A stretch of 64,000 bases of DNA from an uncultured Selenomonadales bacterium (lineage in GTDB: Bacteria > Bacillota > Clostridia > Christensenellales > QALW01), in assembly GCA_905200615.1 (NCBI GenBank), contig CAJKLB010000006.1, forward strand, positions 9,266-73,265, in the 5' to 3' direction. Every line of letters starts with the position of its first letter. Within the stretch, counting starts at the first letter, position 1. The position numbers and the translations under genes were made by a program. Below, in pieces: positions 27,136 through 37,149 of the stretch. The notes below the pieces were generated by a model, which was not told where the DNA came from, searched no databases, and saw only the letters and a list, made by a program, of their open reading frames with translations.

Positions 27136-28914
27136 CTACACGGTTTTCTGTGCTTTATTTACAGGTTCTATCGCGTACTTTACTTTAAAATAGTCATAAT
27201 AATCATTAAATTCTTTCATTTCGCCGCCCTTTACCTTGCGCAGGTATTCATGGATATCCAGATTCTCATGAGAAATTTCCAGCACGCAGCCGGCGATATT
27301 AGAGCAATGATCCGAAACACGCTCCAGATTTGTCAATAAATCGGTTAATATAAAGCCCAGCTCTATTGTACATTCTTGTTTTCGCAGTCTTGCGATATGC
27401 TGCTTCTTTAAATAATCACGCAGATAATCCACTACCTGTTCCAGCGGTTCTACCATAACGGCGCTGTCCAGATCATTATTTTTAAAGGAACGCAAAGCAA
27501 GATCTAAAATTTCCGATACCGCATTGATGAGCACATTCAATTCACGTCTTGCTTCCCCTGAAAATTCCAGCTTTTTATCATTGATTTCTTCCGCCGATTC
27601 CACAATATTAACAGCATGATCCGAAATCCGTTCAAAATCCCCGATCACGTGCAAAAGTTTGTTGGCTTCGGCACTGTCAGCCTCAGTCATGCTATGGCTT
27701 GAAAGCTTTACCAAATACGAACCGATTTTATCCTCATAATTATCCACCATGTTTTCTTCTTCCCGTATTTTATCCGCTGTCTTTTCACTGTAGGCAGAAA
27801 GCAAGGCAAGTGCTTCTTTAAACGAAGCAACCGAAAGATCCGCCATTTTAGAAGCTACGGTTTTACAGCGTCCGATCGCCACAGAAGGCGCGGCCATAAA
27901 ACGCTCGTCCAAAAGTTGAATCTGCTCATTTTTGCTGTTATCTTTAATAATCAGATAAGAAAGTTTTTCAAGCTGATGGGAACAAGGCATAAGAATAAAC
28001 AAAGCAATGATTTTAAAAACGGTATGCACAATGGCGATTCCTAACGGATTTGCCGCCAAGGAAGTAAAAGGAAATTGAAAAATTGCGTTAAGCAAATAAT
28101 ATGACGGCATGATAATAAGTGTTGCGATGATATTAAAAGAAAGATGAATAACCGCCGCGCGTTTAGCATTTTTTGATGCGCCGATGGACGAAATCATTGC
28201 GCTGACACACGTACCGATATTCTGTCCCATAATAATGGGAACCGCTGTGGCATATGTAACGCTTCCGGTAATAGTCAGCGCCTGCAGCACACCTACCGAA
28301 GCAGAAGAGGATTGAATGATCGCCGTAAATACCGTTCCTACAATTACGCCTAAAATAGGATTGGAAAACAACGTAAGCACACGAGTGAATTCCGGCACAT
28401 CTTTTAATCCCGCCACCGAAGCGGACATGGTTTCCATACCGAACATCAACACGGCAAAGCCCAAAAGAATCATGCCGGTATCCTTGCGTTTGGCATTTTT
28501 CTGGAACATATACAAAATAACGCCGATTAACGCCAATATAGGAACGAAAGAAGAGGGTTTAAGCAATTCAATGATGAAATTTCCGCCGCCCTGAATGCCG
28601 GAAAGACTTAAAATCCATGAGGTAACAGATGTTCCCAGGTTGGCACCCATAATCACGCCGATAGCCTGTTTCAGGCTCATGATACCGGAATTTACAAAGC
28701 CTACGACCATAACCGTTGTAGCCGAAGAGGATTGAATAATGGCCGTAACGCCGAGGCCTAAAAGAAACCCCCGGAAAGTACTGGAGGTCATATTGCCTAA
28801 AATCTGTTTTAACTTGTTACCGGCGCGCTTTTCCAATGCGGCGCCCATGATATTCATACCGAACAAAAATAAAGCCAAGCCGCCTATCATGGTAAGTATA
28901 TCAAAGATATCCAT
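27136..28914 (-). CDS. Na/Pi cotransporter family protein with C-terminal PhoU-like repeats
   Basis: 592 aa. N-terminal polytopic domain with duplicated QSSSATT/QSSSAS motifs. C-terminal ERISDHAVNI and ERVSDHCSNIA are PhoU-type repeats. Confidence 0.88.
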   Translation of the reverse strand: MDIFDILTMIGGLALFLFGMNIMGAALEKRAGNKLKQILGNMTSSTFRGFLLGLGVTAIIQSSSATTVMVVGFVNSGIMSLKQAIGVIMGANLGTSVTSWILSLSGIQGGGNFIIELLKPSSFVPILALIGVILYMFQKNAKRKDTGMILLGFAVLMFGMETMSASVAGLKDVPEFTRVLTLFSNPILGVIVGTVFTAIIQSSSASVGVLQALTITGSVTYATAVPIIMGQNIGTCVSAMISSIGASKNAKRAAVIHLSFNIIATLIIMPSYYLLNAIFQFPFTSLAANPLGIAIVHTVFKIIALFILMPCSHQLEKLSYLIIKDNSKNEQIQLLDERFMAAPSVAIGRCKTVASKMADLSVASFKEALALLSAYSEKTADKIREEENMVDNYEDKIGSYLVKLSSHSMTEADSAEANKLLHVIGDFERISDHAVNIVESAEEINDKKLEFSGEARRELNVLINAVSEILDLALRSFKNNDLDSAVMVEPLEQVVDYLRDYLKKQHIARLRKQECTIELGFILTDLLTNLERVSDHCSNIAGCVLEISHENLDIHEYLRKVKGGEMKEFNDYYDYFKVKYAIEPVNKAQKTV

Positions 28915-28998
28915 TGTTACCTCCAGCCATGATACAAAATATAAAAAGATATGACATTATTTTAACGCACAAATGTTAAATCAGTCCTGCAGCAAATG

Positions 28999-29736
28999 TT
29001 AAATGCTTGTTAAATCCTTTTTTTGAGGGTTGGGCAAAGCTTTGATAAAAGCAAGCAAATCTTGAAAATCGCCATGAGGATAAGAAGAAATTTCCTGATT
29101 TTTGCTGTTGATCAAACAATCCGTAAGCAAAAACACCCGCATACCCAGCCTTGCGGCAACCATATCCTCCTCTACATCGTTGCCCACCATCAAACAAGCT
29201 TCCGGGGAACAGTGTAAAGCGTCGGCAACAGCCTGATAATAGTGCAGATTCGGCTTGCAGTAACGGGAATTTTCATAAGTAGTATACAGAGCAAAATCTT
29301 CCGGTCTCAAGCCCGCCCATCGGATACGGTTTTGCGTTCCTGCTGCCGGAAATAAAGGATTGGTTGCCAACGCGACACGAAACCCGCGATACTTTGCCTC
29401 TTTTATTATACAAGCGGCCATAGGATCTTTTCTGCATACCCTGGCCACATCGTTAAACTCATTTTTATAAAATTCTTCAAAAAAAGGAATGTCTTTTTCC
29501 GCGTCCTTTCCGTATACGGAAAGAAAAACTTTCCAAAACACCTCTTTATTGGTGGCTTGTCCATCATTTTTTACCATAGCGGCGGTGCCGCGCCAAGTGG
29601 TGTCGCAAATTTTTTTGGATTCATATCCTCGCAGAGCGGCTTTTTGGGTCAGCAAACGAAAATATTCCTGGGTAAAGACGGTCTGATCCATAGGCAAAAG
29701 CGTTCCGTCAAGGTCAAACAATATAGTGGTTATCAT
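28999..29736 (-). CDS. HAD superfamily hydrolase
   Basis: Motif I ILFDLDGTLL and a downstream GNDVEEDM-type motif. Start overlaps the kinase gene stop by 4 nt. Confidence 0.8.
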   Translation of the reverse strand: MITTILFDLDGTLLPMDQTVFTQEYFRLLTQKAALRGYESKKICDTTWRGTAAMVKNDGQATNKEVFWKVFLSVYGKDAEKDIPFFEEFYKNEFNDVARVCRKDPMAACIIKEAKYRGFRVALATNPLFPAAGTQNRIRWAGLRPEDFALYTTYENSRYCKPNLHYYQAVADALHCSPEACLMVGNDVEEDMVAARLGMRVFLLTDCLINSKNQEISSYPHGDFQDLLAFIKALPNPQKKDLTSI

Positions 29737-31388
29737 GATTCTGCCTCTTTCTGTTCCGGAAAGGTAATCGTAATAGCGGTACCGCGGCCGGGAGTGCTTT
29801 GAACGCTGAGGGAAGCGCCGTGAAAATTAGCACCATGCTTTACAATGGAAAGTCCCAAACCGGTTCCTCCTACTTGTTTGGAATGACTCTTATCCACCCG
29901 ATAAAACCGTTCAAAAATACGGTCAATATGCTGCGGTGAAATACCGATGCCATTGTCGCTTACGGTAATATAGGGACGTCCGTTTTTTTGTTTTATCTTA
30001 ATTTTTACCCATCCGTTCTCTTTATTATATTTAATACCGTTATCGGCAAGATTATAAATCATTTCTTCAATGATACCGGGAATTCCGCTGATAACAAGAG
30101 CCTCGCCTTCTGCCGACAGCGCGATATGATTTTCCGCCGCGACTCCCTGCAGCCGCGAACACACTTGCTGTGCCACGGCAAGAAGATCAACCGGTTCTTT
30201 TTGTGCCATAATTGAATTTTCATCCATTTGAGAGAGCTTGATAATATCATTGACCAGCGTGATCAAACGTCCGGTTTCATCGTAAATACTTTTAGCAAAG
30301 CGAGGAATATCCTCACCGCGCACCAGCCCGTTGGCCATGATTTCGGAAATACCGTAAATGGAGGTTAACGGTGTTTTCAGTTCATGAGAAACATTAGAAG
30401 TAAATTCCCTGCGCATACTTTCACGCTGTTCACGCTCGGTAATATCCAACAGCATAATGACCGCGCCGGAGAGAGCTTTATCCACGGTAACAGGATTGGC
30501 AAAAAGCTGATAAACACAGCCGTTTTCCTCAAACTCCTCTTGGCAGTGCCTTCCCTGCATGGCCTCCTGCGCCGCGTGATTGAACACGGGATTTTGACTC
30601 AAGGTAAGAATGCTGTTGCCCGGAGCCGTACTCTCGGTGCCGAGCATTAAAAGCGCGCTGGAATTGTAAAGCAGAATTTCTCCCGATTTTCCCGCTACGA
30701 TAAAGCCCTCCGCCATGTTTTCGGTGATGGCGCGGAATTCCTCCTGCTTTCGTTTTAAATCTGTCATTTGCCGTTGAATTAACTGGTTTTGCCGCAAAAT
30801 GCGATGCAGCAAAGGAGAAAGTTCACGATATTCCTCTTCAATCCGGGGATTTTCCGGGTCAATTTCTAAAATAGGACGCATGATTTTTTTCGAAAGCGCA
30901 AGAGCTAATCCCAGTGAAAGAGCAAAAAGAACGGCAACAACGATAACCAGTGGCTGCAGAATGCTCAAAGCTAAAATCCACGCGGGATATTGCACACTGG
31001 AAAGACGGATAACGGAGCCATCGGAAAGTCTCTTAGCGCAGGCAAAAGAGCGCTGTGTAAAAGAAACCGGATATTCTTTTTGACCGAAGCCGGTATCAAA
31101 GGCATCGCGTATTTCGGCGTTTTGCAAAAGATCTTCCCCATTCTGTGAACCGTATCGCACCGTACCGTCGGGGGCAAGCCAGATAATCTGCTTCTCACTG
31201 GAAATGCCCGCAAGATATTCTTCCCCCGATATTTCAATACCGGAAGAAATAAACGTCAGTTCATTATACATTTCCTCGGCCAATTGATTATTAAAATGGC
31301 TGTAAAGAATGCCGATAACCAAGATGACACAAAGCAGAAGCGCCGTCATGGAGACCGACAAAATACTTCTGAAAATTTTTTCAGTCAT
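29733..31388 (-). CDS. Sensor histidine kinase (PhoR/WalK-like architecture), no adjacent response regulator
   Basis: Two TM segments flank a ~120-aa extracytoplasmic loop. PAS-like region, H box SHELKTPLTSI, N box NLADNGIKYN, G boxes DNGIGI and GGTGLGLSIV. Confidence 0.9.
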   Translation of the reverse strand: MTEKIFRSILSVSMTALLLCVILVIGILYSHFNNQLAEEMYNELTFISSGIEISGEEYLAGISSEKQIIWLAPDGTVRYGSQNGEDLLQNAEIRDAFDTGFGQKEYPVSFTQRSFACAKRLSDGSVIRLSSVQYPAWILALSILQPLVIVVAVLFALSLGLALALSKKIMRPILEIDPENPRIEEEYRELSPLLHRILRQNQLIQRQMTDLKRKQEEFRAITENMAEGFIVAGKSGEILLYNSSALLMLGTESTAPGNSILTLSQNPVFNHAAQEAMQGRHCQEEFEENGCVYQLFANPVTVDKALSGAVIMLLDITEREQRESMRREFTSNVSHELKTPLTSIYGISEIMANGLVRGEDIPRFAKSIYDETGRLITLVNDIIKLSQMDENSIMAQKEPVDLLAVAQQVCSRLQGVAAENHIALSAEGEALVISGIPGIIEEMIYNLADNGIKYNKENGWVKIKIKQKNGRPYITVSDNGIGISPQHIDRIFERFYRVDKSHSKQVGGTGLGLSIVKHGANFHGASLSVQSTPGRGTAITITFPEQKEAES

Positions 31389-31561
31389 AGAGGATACCTC
31401 CGATCCTTATTTAGAGTATACACATTTTTTGCCGATACGGCAAGGAGTTGTTGCAAAAGATACAGAGGTTTTTGAGGAAAAAGAGGATTGAAAAAAGAAA
31501 ATTTTATGGTATAATAAATAAAAATCATTTATTTTATACTTTTTTTAAAAGAGGTACCCGA

Positions 31562-32491
31562 ATGAAAAAAATCATGTTTTGTATCACGGTATCCTTAACG
31601 GTATGTTTGCTGGCCAGCGCGTTATTCCTATGCCTGTACAGGCCGATCAAAGCCATTCGGTTTTTGGAAGTCGCGGGGCCTTGCCCGATACCGGAAACGG
31701 TTGAATATGAAATTCCGCAGGAAATCATCGACAGCGTTTTCGGCCAAAAACGAAAAATCTACAAAATTGTTTCCCGGCGAACGCTCGGCTATGATAAAGA
31801 ACTTTTGGAAAAATTCGAGATGAAAAAATACCGTCCTCTGCAAAGCATAAACGACGATATAGCCGCTATTTATACGACCGGAAATCAAAAGCTTTCCATC
31901 TATAAAGACGGTACGTTTTCATTTTGCTTTATCCGAGTTCCTCCTCAAGGTGAATTTCTGCGTTCATCTAACGAAATAATTAAGGACGCGGAAAGATATT
32001 TAAAAAGCAAAGATCTTCTTCCTGAAAATTTTTATCAGGATGGATGTTCTCTAATAAAACAATCCGGAAATGCTGGAACCAAAATCACGCAGATGGAGCC
32101 GATCTTTCGGTGCAGCATAGACGGATACGAAGCATACGGAAGCTCCTATATTTGCGTAACGTATGACAGCGAAGGTGTTTTAAGCGTGGATTCCATGTAT
32201 TCAGGCTATGAGCCCGACAGAACGGTTTCCACCATCAGCTTTGAAGAAGCCTGCGCGCTGGTAAAAACGAAGAAAGCCAGCATCAGCTATGAAACGGAGG
32301 TTACAGAAACCCCGGATAAAGTTGTGATCGATACCGCAAAGCTGATATATTTTGATACAAGAGACTATAACGAAGGCGGCACACATATTTTGCCTTGCTA
32401 TGTCTTTGAAGGACTGGCTTATGTGGGCGATGAAACAACAAAATTTCAGGCCACGGTGATGGCGATTCCCGAAAGCATGACGACGAGGTAA
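31562..32491 (+). CDS. Membrane-anchored extracytoplasmic protein, paralogue 1 of 3 (unknown family)
   Basis: ATG 31562 with AAAAGAGG upstream and a TGgTATAAT extended -10 at about 31507. N-terminal TM helix. Shares LYKIVSRR, DG(T/S)F(S/T)F, LLPENFYQ, IDGYE.YG, THILPCYVFE and VMAIP.SMTT blocks with the two downstream genes. Confidence 0.75.
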   Translation: MKKIMFCITVSLTVCLLASALFLCLYRPIKAIRFLEVAGPCPIPETVEYEIPQEIIDSVFGQKRKIYKIVSRRTLGYDKELLEKFEMKKYRPLQSINDDIAAIYTTGNQKLSIYKDGTFSFCFIRVPPQGEFLRSSNEIIKDAERYLKSKDLLPENFYQDGCSLIKQSGNAGTKITQMEPIFRCSIDGYEAYGSSYICVTYDSEGVLSVDSMYSGYEPDRTVSTISFEEACALVKTKKASISYETEVTETPDKVVIDTAKLIYFDTRDYNEGGTHILPCYVFEGLAYVGDETTKFQATVMAIPESMTTR

Positions 32492-32497
32492 GAAAGA

Positions 32498-33429
32498 ATG
32501 AATAAAAAACTTTTAATTGCAGGCGGCGCAATCGTGTTGCTGATTTGTGTGACGGTAAGCAGCTTTTTCTTGCTATCTCACAACCATAAAATTAAGCCTA
32601 TTGTATTCTCTGAAGAAATGTCTATACAGCATCGTTTGCCGGAAACCATTGAAAATCAAATTCCGCAGGAAAAAATTGAAGCGGTTTCGGCAAAGAATTA
32701 AATATTTATAAAATCATTTCACCCCAAATCACCCAACAAACGAATCGTCTTTTGAATCTATTTGAAATGGATGATTATGATATCACAGAGTATACATATA
32801 GCACAGACTATGATACCGCGGATAAAAGGCTTACGATGTATCCGGATGGTTCTTATTCATTTCGTTATAAAAGGGATTTAAGAGAGCCTGTAAGCTTTAC
32901 ACTGGAAGAGTTAATTCCGATTGCAGAAAATGATTTAACCAAACTTGGTTTGATGCCGGATAATTTTTATCAAGGCGGTCAAAGTGGCTATCGGAGATCG
33001 GATGGAGAAAACGAACCAATCGTTCTTAGTTTTGGGCCAAGTTTTTATCGGGAAATAGATGGTTATATGGTATACGGAAGTTCTTTCATACGTACAGAAT
33101 ATGATAATCAGGGATTACTCAAAATTTCTTCCAGGTATTCTGATTATACATTCGACAGAACCGTTACTGCGCTTGATTTTGAGGAGGCTTATTCCTTAAT
33201 TCGAAGTGAACACGCGGGAAGTAATCTTGAGGAGTTCACGATAGGTGAAATTGATAAAATTATTCTGAGCGATGTACAGTTGGTCTACTATGATACAGGA
33301 GACAGACAAGATCCCGGAACGCATATTCTGCCTTGTTATGTTTTTGAGGCGACGGCTTATTCGGGAGAGGAAACAACAGAATTTGAATCGTGGGTGATGG
33401 CGATTCCCCGCAGCATAACGACGGGGTAG
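32498..33429 (+). pseudogene. Paralogue 2 of 3, disrupted by a 1-nt deletion (ORFs 32498..32701 and 32752..33429)
   Basis: Copy 3 reads GAT GCT GTG TTT GGT AAA GAA where copy 2 reads GAA GCG GT- TTC GGC AAA GAA (about 32685). Shifting frame there restores FGKELNIYKII..., collinear with copies 1 and 3. Confidence 0.7.
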
Positions 33430-33523
33430 ACATATACGCGCCGTCTCTCTTGCGACGGGGCGGAAATAAGGCGCAGAAATTTGCCTTGTTTTTAGAATAT
33501 TGGGCAGAAAGGAAGAATAGTAA

Positions 33524-34462
33524 ATGATGAATAAAAAGCTTTTAATCGCAGGCGGCGCAATCGTGTTGCTGGTTTGTGTTGCGGTAAGCAGCTTTTTTTT
33601 GATATCTCACAACCATAAAATTAAGCCTATTGTATTCTCTGAAGAAATTTCTATGCAGCATTGTTTGCCGGAAACTATCGAAAATCAAATTCCAAAGGAA
33701 ACTATTGATGCTGTGTTTGGTAAAGAAATGAATCTTTACAAAATTGTTTCTCGCCGAATAAATGGATATGATGAAGACTTGCTGGAAAAATTTCAAATGG
33801 AAAACTATAGTGTATCTGATGATCCGGAAGACTATGTTACTACCTATAAAACAGCAGATAAAAGACTTCATATCTATAATGACGGTTCGTTTACGTTTTC
33901 GCTTACACGGATTTCTGTAGATGAACCGCTAACTACATCTTTTGACGAGTTAAAAGTAACGGCAAAGGAATATTTGGAAAGCAAAGATTTGCTTCCTGAA
34001 AATTTTTATCAGCAGGGCTATACAAAATCAGAAGTATCGAGCAACGGGGAAACAATCGTTCCCCGTATGGGATCGAGCTTTGTGCGTAAAATAGATGGTT
34101 ATGAGGTTTATGGAAATTCTTTTATTGATACAGATTATGATAATCAAGGACTGCTGAGTATTTATTCTATTTATTCTGATTATATGTTTGATACAACTGT
34201 ACAAACAATTGGTTTTGAAGACGCGTATTCGTTGATGTACAGTGAAAGTAGTTATGTGCAAAATTCTTATAAAGAACAACTGTCAGAGAAAATAGATAAG
34301 ATTATATTAAACAATGCGCAATTGGCCTACTATGATGTGGGGAGGGAAGGAACGCATATTCTGCCGTGTTATATTTTAGAAGGAATAGCTTATGCGGGCG
34401 AGGAAACTACAGAATTTCAATCTTGGGTGATGGCGATTCCCCGCAGCATGACAACGGGCTGA
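33524..34462 (+). CDS. Membrane-anchored extracytoplasmic protein, paralogue 3 of 3
   Basis: 312 aa with the same block structure. The first ~60 codons are nearly identical at DNA level to copy 2. Confidence 0.75.
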   Translation: MMNKKLLIAGGAIVLLVCVAVSSFFLISHNHKIKPIVFSEEISMQHCLPETIENQIPKETIDAVFGKEMNLYKIVSRRINGYDEDLLEKFQMENYSVSDDPEDYVTTYKTADKRLHIYNDGSFTFSLTRISVDEPLTTSFDELKVTAKEYLESKDLLPENFYQQGYTKSEVSSNGETIVPRMGSSFVRKIDGYEVYGNSFIDTDYDNQGLLSIYSIYSDYMFDTTVQTIGFEDAYSLMYSESSYVQNSYKEQLSEKIDKIILNNAQLAYYDVGREGTHILPCYILEGIAYAGEETTEFQSWVMAIPRSMTTG

Positions 34463-34665
34463 AAAAACGTTACTGTTTTCTTACATCAAAACAAGAACTT
34501 TCGCCTTTACGCGGAACTTTCTAACAAGATTTTTTCCACGGTTTCCTTTTCCTTGATCTTCTGCCGTGATGTAATTTTAAGCATAATGAGTATTTTTATC
34601 ACAATCCAGAGAATTCATAATAAAGTGAAAAATATACTTTGCTCCTGAAACCGAATACCGACGCG

Positions 34666-34750
34666 AAAAAAAGAAAGAGCATATTCAGTTCCCGGATCAT
34701 CAAATTCCGGGGATCCGTTAAACGGAACAGCTGAATATGCTCTGTTTTTT
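34666..34750. terminator. Large bidirectional terminator between the paralogue cluster and the ACT gene
   Basis: 13-bp stem AGAGCATATTCAG / CTGAATATGCTCT plus an inner stem, flanked by an A-run and GTTTTTT. Confidence 0.75.
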
Positions 34751-34806
34751 GCCTTTTGCGGATCTTTCTTTTTATAAACGGAAAGAACGGGCTTTACGGT
34801 TATCGG

Positions 34807-35235
34807 TTATATTTCATAAATATCCGATTCTTTCAGGGTTGCAAAGCCCTTAGCGTGAAGCGCTTTCTCAGCGGCATCGTTATCCTCCACCCGCATAACG
34901 GCATAGGCGGCAAAATCAGAAGACGCGGTAAAGGCATAGGTATATTCAATATTAATACCGGCTTCCCCCAAGGCATCCAGAACGCCGTAAAGCGCGCCGG
35001 CCTTATCGCTGATCTTTACCGCGATAACGTCAATAGAAGTAACAATGGAATAATCACTGAGAATTTCTTTGGCTTTTTTCTCGTCTGAAACGATGAGGCG
35101 CAAAATACCAAAGTCCTGCGTGTCCGCAATGCTCATCGCGCGAATGTTTACCTGCGCGTCAGATAGCGCCTTCACCATAGGCAACAGCTTGCCGGGTTTG
35201 TTTTCCACAAAAACAGATAATTGTTTTATGGCCAT
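34807..35235 (-). CDS. ACT domain-containing protein
   Basis: 142 aa. Two ACT-like repeats (LSVFVENKPGKL...; VIAVKISDKAGALYGVLDAL). Confidence 0.8.
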   Translation of the reverse strand: MAIKQLSVFVENKPGKLLPMVKALSDAQVNIRAMSIADTQDFGILRLIVSDEKKAKEILSDYSIVTSIDVIAVKISDKAGALYGVLDALGEAGINIEYTYAFTASSDFAAYAVMRVEDNDAAEKALHAKGFATLKESDIYEI

Positions 35236-35247
35236 TGTGATTCCTCC

Positions 35248-36555
35248 TTAATCATGCAATTTTCGTTTATCAATTACTCTTACCGCCTTACCTTCGCTGC
35301 GCACAATCGTCTTAGGTGAAACCAAATGCACCTTGGGTCCTATTCCGAGCATGGCGCGCATGGCATCTGTCAAAATCTTTTCGCGCTGCTGTGTTTCTGC
35401 TATCTTGTCAGAGAATTGCTCAGCGGAAAGTTCCACATAAACATCAAGGGTATCGCTGTTTTTTTCACGGTCGACCACGATTTGATAATTGGGCGAGTAG
35501 CCCTCATTCAGCAGCACGGTTTCTATCTGGCTGGGGAATACATTGACGCCGCGTATAATCAGCATATCATCGCTACGTCCCATCGGTTTGCTCATTCTCA
35601 CATGCGTTCTGCCGCAGGAGCATTTTTCTCTTGAAAGAACACAGATGTCTCTTGTTCTGTACCTGAGCAGCGGAAAAGCCTCTTTATCTAAAGAAGTGAA
35701 TACAAGTTCTCCTTTTTCACCTTCGGGAAGGACTTCTCCCGTTTCAGGATCAATGATTTCCGCATAAAAATGATCCTCGTTAATGTGCATGCCCTTTTGT
35801 TCCGAACATTCAAACGCTACGCCGGGGCCGCTGGTTTCGGTAAGTCCGTAAATATCATATGCTTTGATGCCAAGACTGCGTTCAATCTCTCTTCTCATTT
35901 CCTCCGTCCACGGCTCCGCGCCGAAAATACCGGCTTTCAGCTTGTTATCCTCCGGCTTGTAGCCCTTTTCTGCCAGCGTTTCTCCTATGTAGGCGGCATA
36001 TGAAGGCGTACAGCAAAGGATGGTAGATCCCAGATCCATCATAAACTGTATCTGCCGATCCGTATTTCCCGATGACATCGGCAATGTCAGGCAGCCTACC
36101 TTATGGGATCCGCCGTTCAGCCCCGGACCGCCTGTAAACAGGCCGTACCCATAGCAAACATGGCAAACATCCTCATTGGTTCCGCCCGCGGCAACAATCG
36201 CTCTCGCGCAGCACTCCTCCCAAAGGTCAATATCATGCTGCGTATAAAAGGCCACAACTCTTTTTCCGGTTGTGCCTGAGGTAGATTGTATCCGTACGCA
36301 ATTTTTTAAATCCGTTCCGAGAAGTCCGTACGGATACGCTTCGCGCAGATCGGCTTTTGATAAAAAGGGAAGCTTTTTAATATCGTCTATGCTTTTGATG
36401 TCTTCGGGCTTTACCCCCTTTTCATCCATCAGATTTCTGTAATACGCCACATTTGTATAGACATGCCGAACTTGTTTTACGATTTTTTCATTTTGTATTT
36501 CCCTGATTTTCTCATAGGGAAGCGTTTCAATTTCCGGTTGATAATATCTTTCCAT
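35248..36555 (-). CDS. paaK: Phenylacetate-CoA ligase family (PaaK-like) adenylating enzyme
   Basis: 435 aa. QSTSGTTGKRVV AMP-binding motif and YGLTE motif. Size and ends are typical of the PaaK/coenzyme F390 synthetase family. Confidence 0.85.
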   Translation of the reverse strand: MERYYQPEIETLPYEKIREIQNEKIVKQVRHVYTNVAYYRNLMDEKGVKPEDIKSIDDIKKLPFLSKADLREAYPYGLLGTDLKNCVRIQSTSGTTGKRVVAFYTQHDIDLWEECCARAIVAAGGTNEDVCHVCYGYGLFTGGPGLNGGSHKVGCLTLPMSSGNTDRQIQFMMDLGSTILCCTPSYAAYIGETLAEKGYKPEDNKLKAGIFGAEPWTEEMRREIERSLGIKAYDIYGLTETSGPGVAFECSEQKGMHINEDHFYAEIIDPETGEVLPEGEKGELVFTSLDKEAFPLLRYRTRDICVLSREKCSCGRTHVRMSKPMGRSDDMLIIRGVNVFPSQIETVLLNEGYSPNYQIVVDREKNSDTLDVYVELSAEQFSDKIAETQQREKILTDAMRAMLGIGPKVHLVSPKTIVRSEGKAVRVIDKRKLHD

Positions 36556-36567
36556 TGTTTTACCCTC

Positions 36568-37149
36568 TCATATTGTTTTATAATGATATCCCAAATCAAA
36601 GGCTTTTTTGTTCATTTCCGCAAATTGCGGCTTTACGATTTTTTCAATCGCCGCGATCCATTTATCGTAAGCGATATCCAGATAATTCGCAAGTCTTCCC
36701 ATCAGCACAATATTCACACACTTAGCGTTTCCAACCTGTGCCGCAAGACTCAGCGCATCGATATCGTCTACAAAAACACCTTTTCCCTTTAATTCTTCAA
36801 GGACATGCTCCGGATATACCGCCGCCCCCGTTATCACCGGCATGGGATCGATTATCTGGGAATTCACTATAATTTTTCCGTCTTTCTTTAAACAGCCGGC
36901 GTGACGTGCGGCTTCAAGCCGCTCAAAAGAAACGATAAAATCCGCTTCCCCTTCGGCGATGACCGGAGAATACACCTTATCACCGAAGCGTACATAGGTA
37001 ACAACCGATCCGCCTCTCTGGCTCATACCGTGAACTTCGCTCACTTTAACATCATACCCCTCATCGGTAAGCAGAACGCCTAAAAGCTTGCTTGCCAAAA
37101 GACTTCCCTGTCCCCCGACGCCTACGATCATTACATTTTTAACTTTCAT
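36568..37149 (-). CDS. iorB: Indolepyruvate:ferredoxin oxidoreductase subunit beta
   Basis: MKVKNVMIVGVGGQGSLLASKLLG... Start at ATG 37149 (GGAGGA 8 nt upstream). Confidence 0.85.
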   Translation of the reverse strand: MKVKNVMIVGVGGQGSLLASKLLGVLLTDEGYDVKVSEVHGMSQRGGSVVTYVRFGDKVYSPVIAEGEADFIVSFERLEAARHAGCLKKDGKIIVNSQIIDPMPVITGAAVYPEHVLEELKGKGVFVDDIDALSLAAQVGNAKCVNIVLMGRLANYLDIAYDKWIAAIEKIVKPQFAEMNKKAFDLGYHYKTI

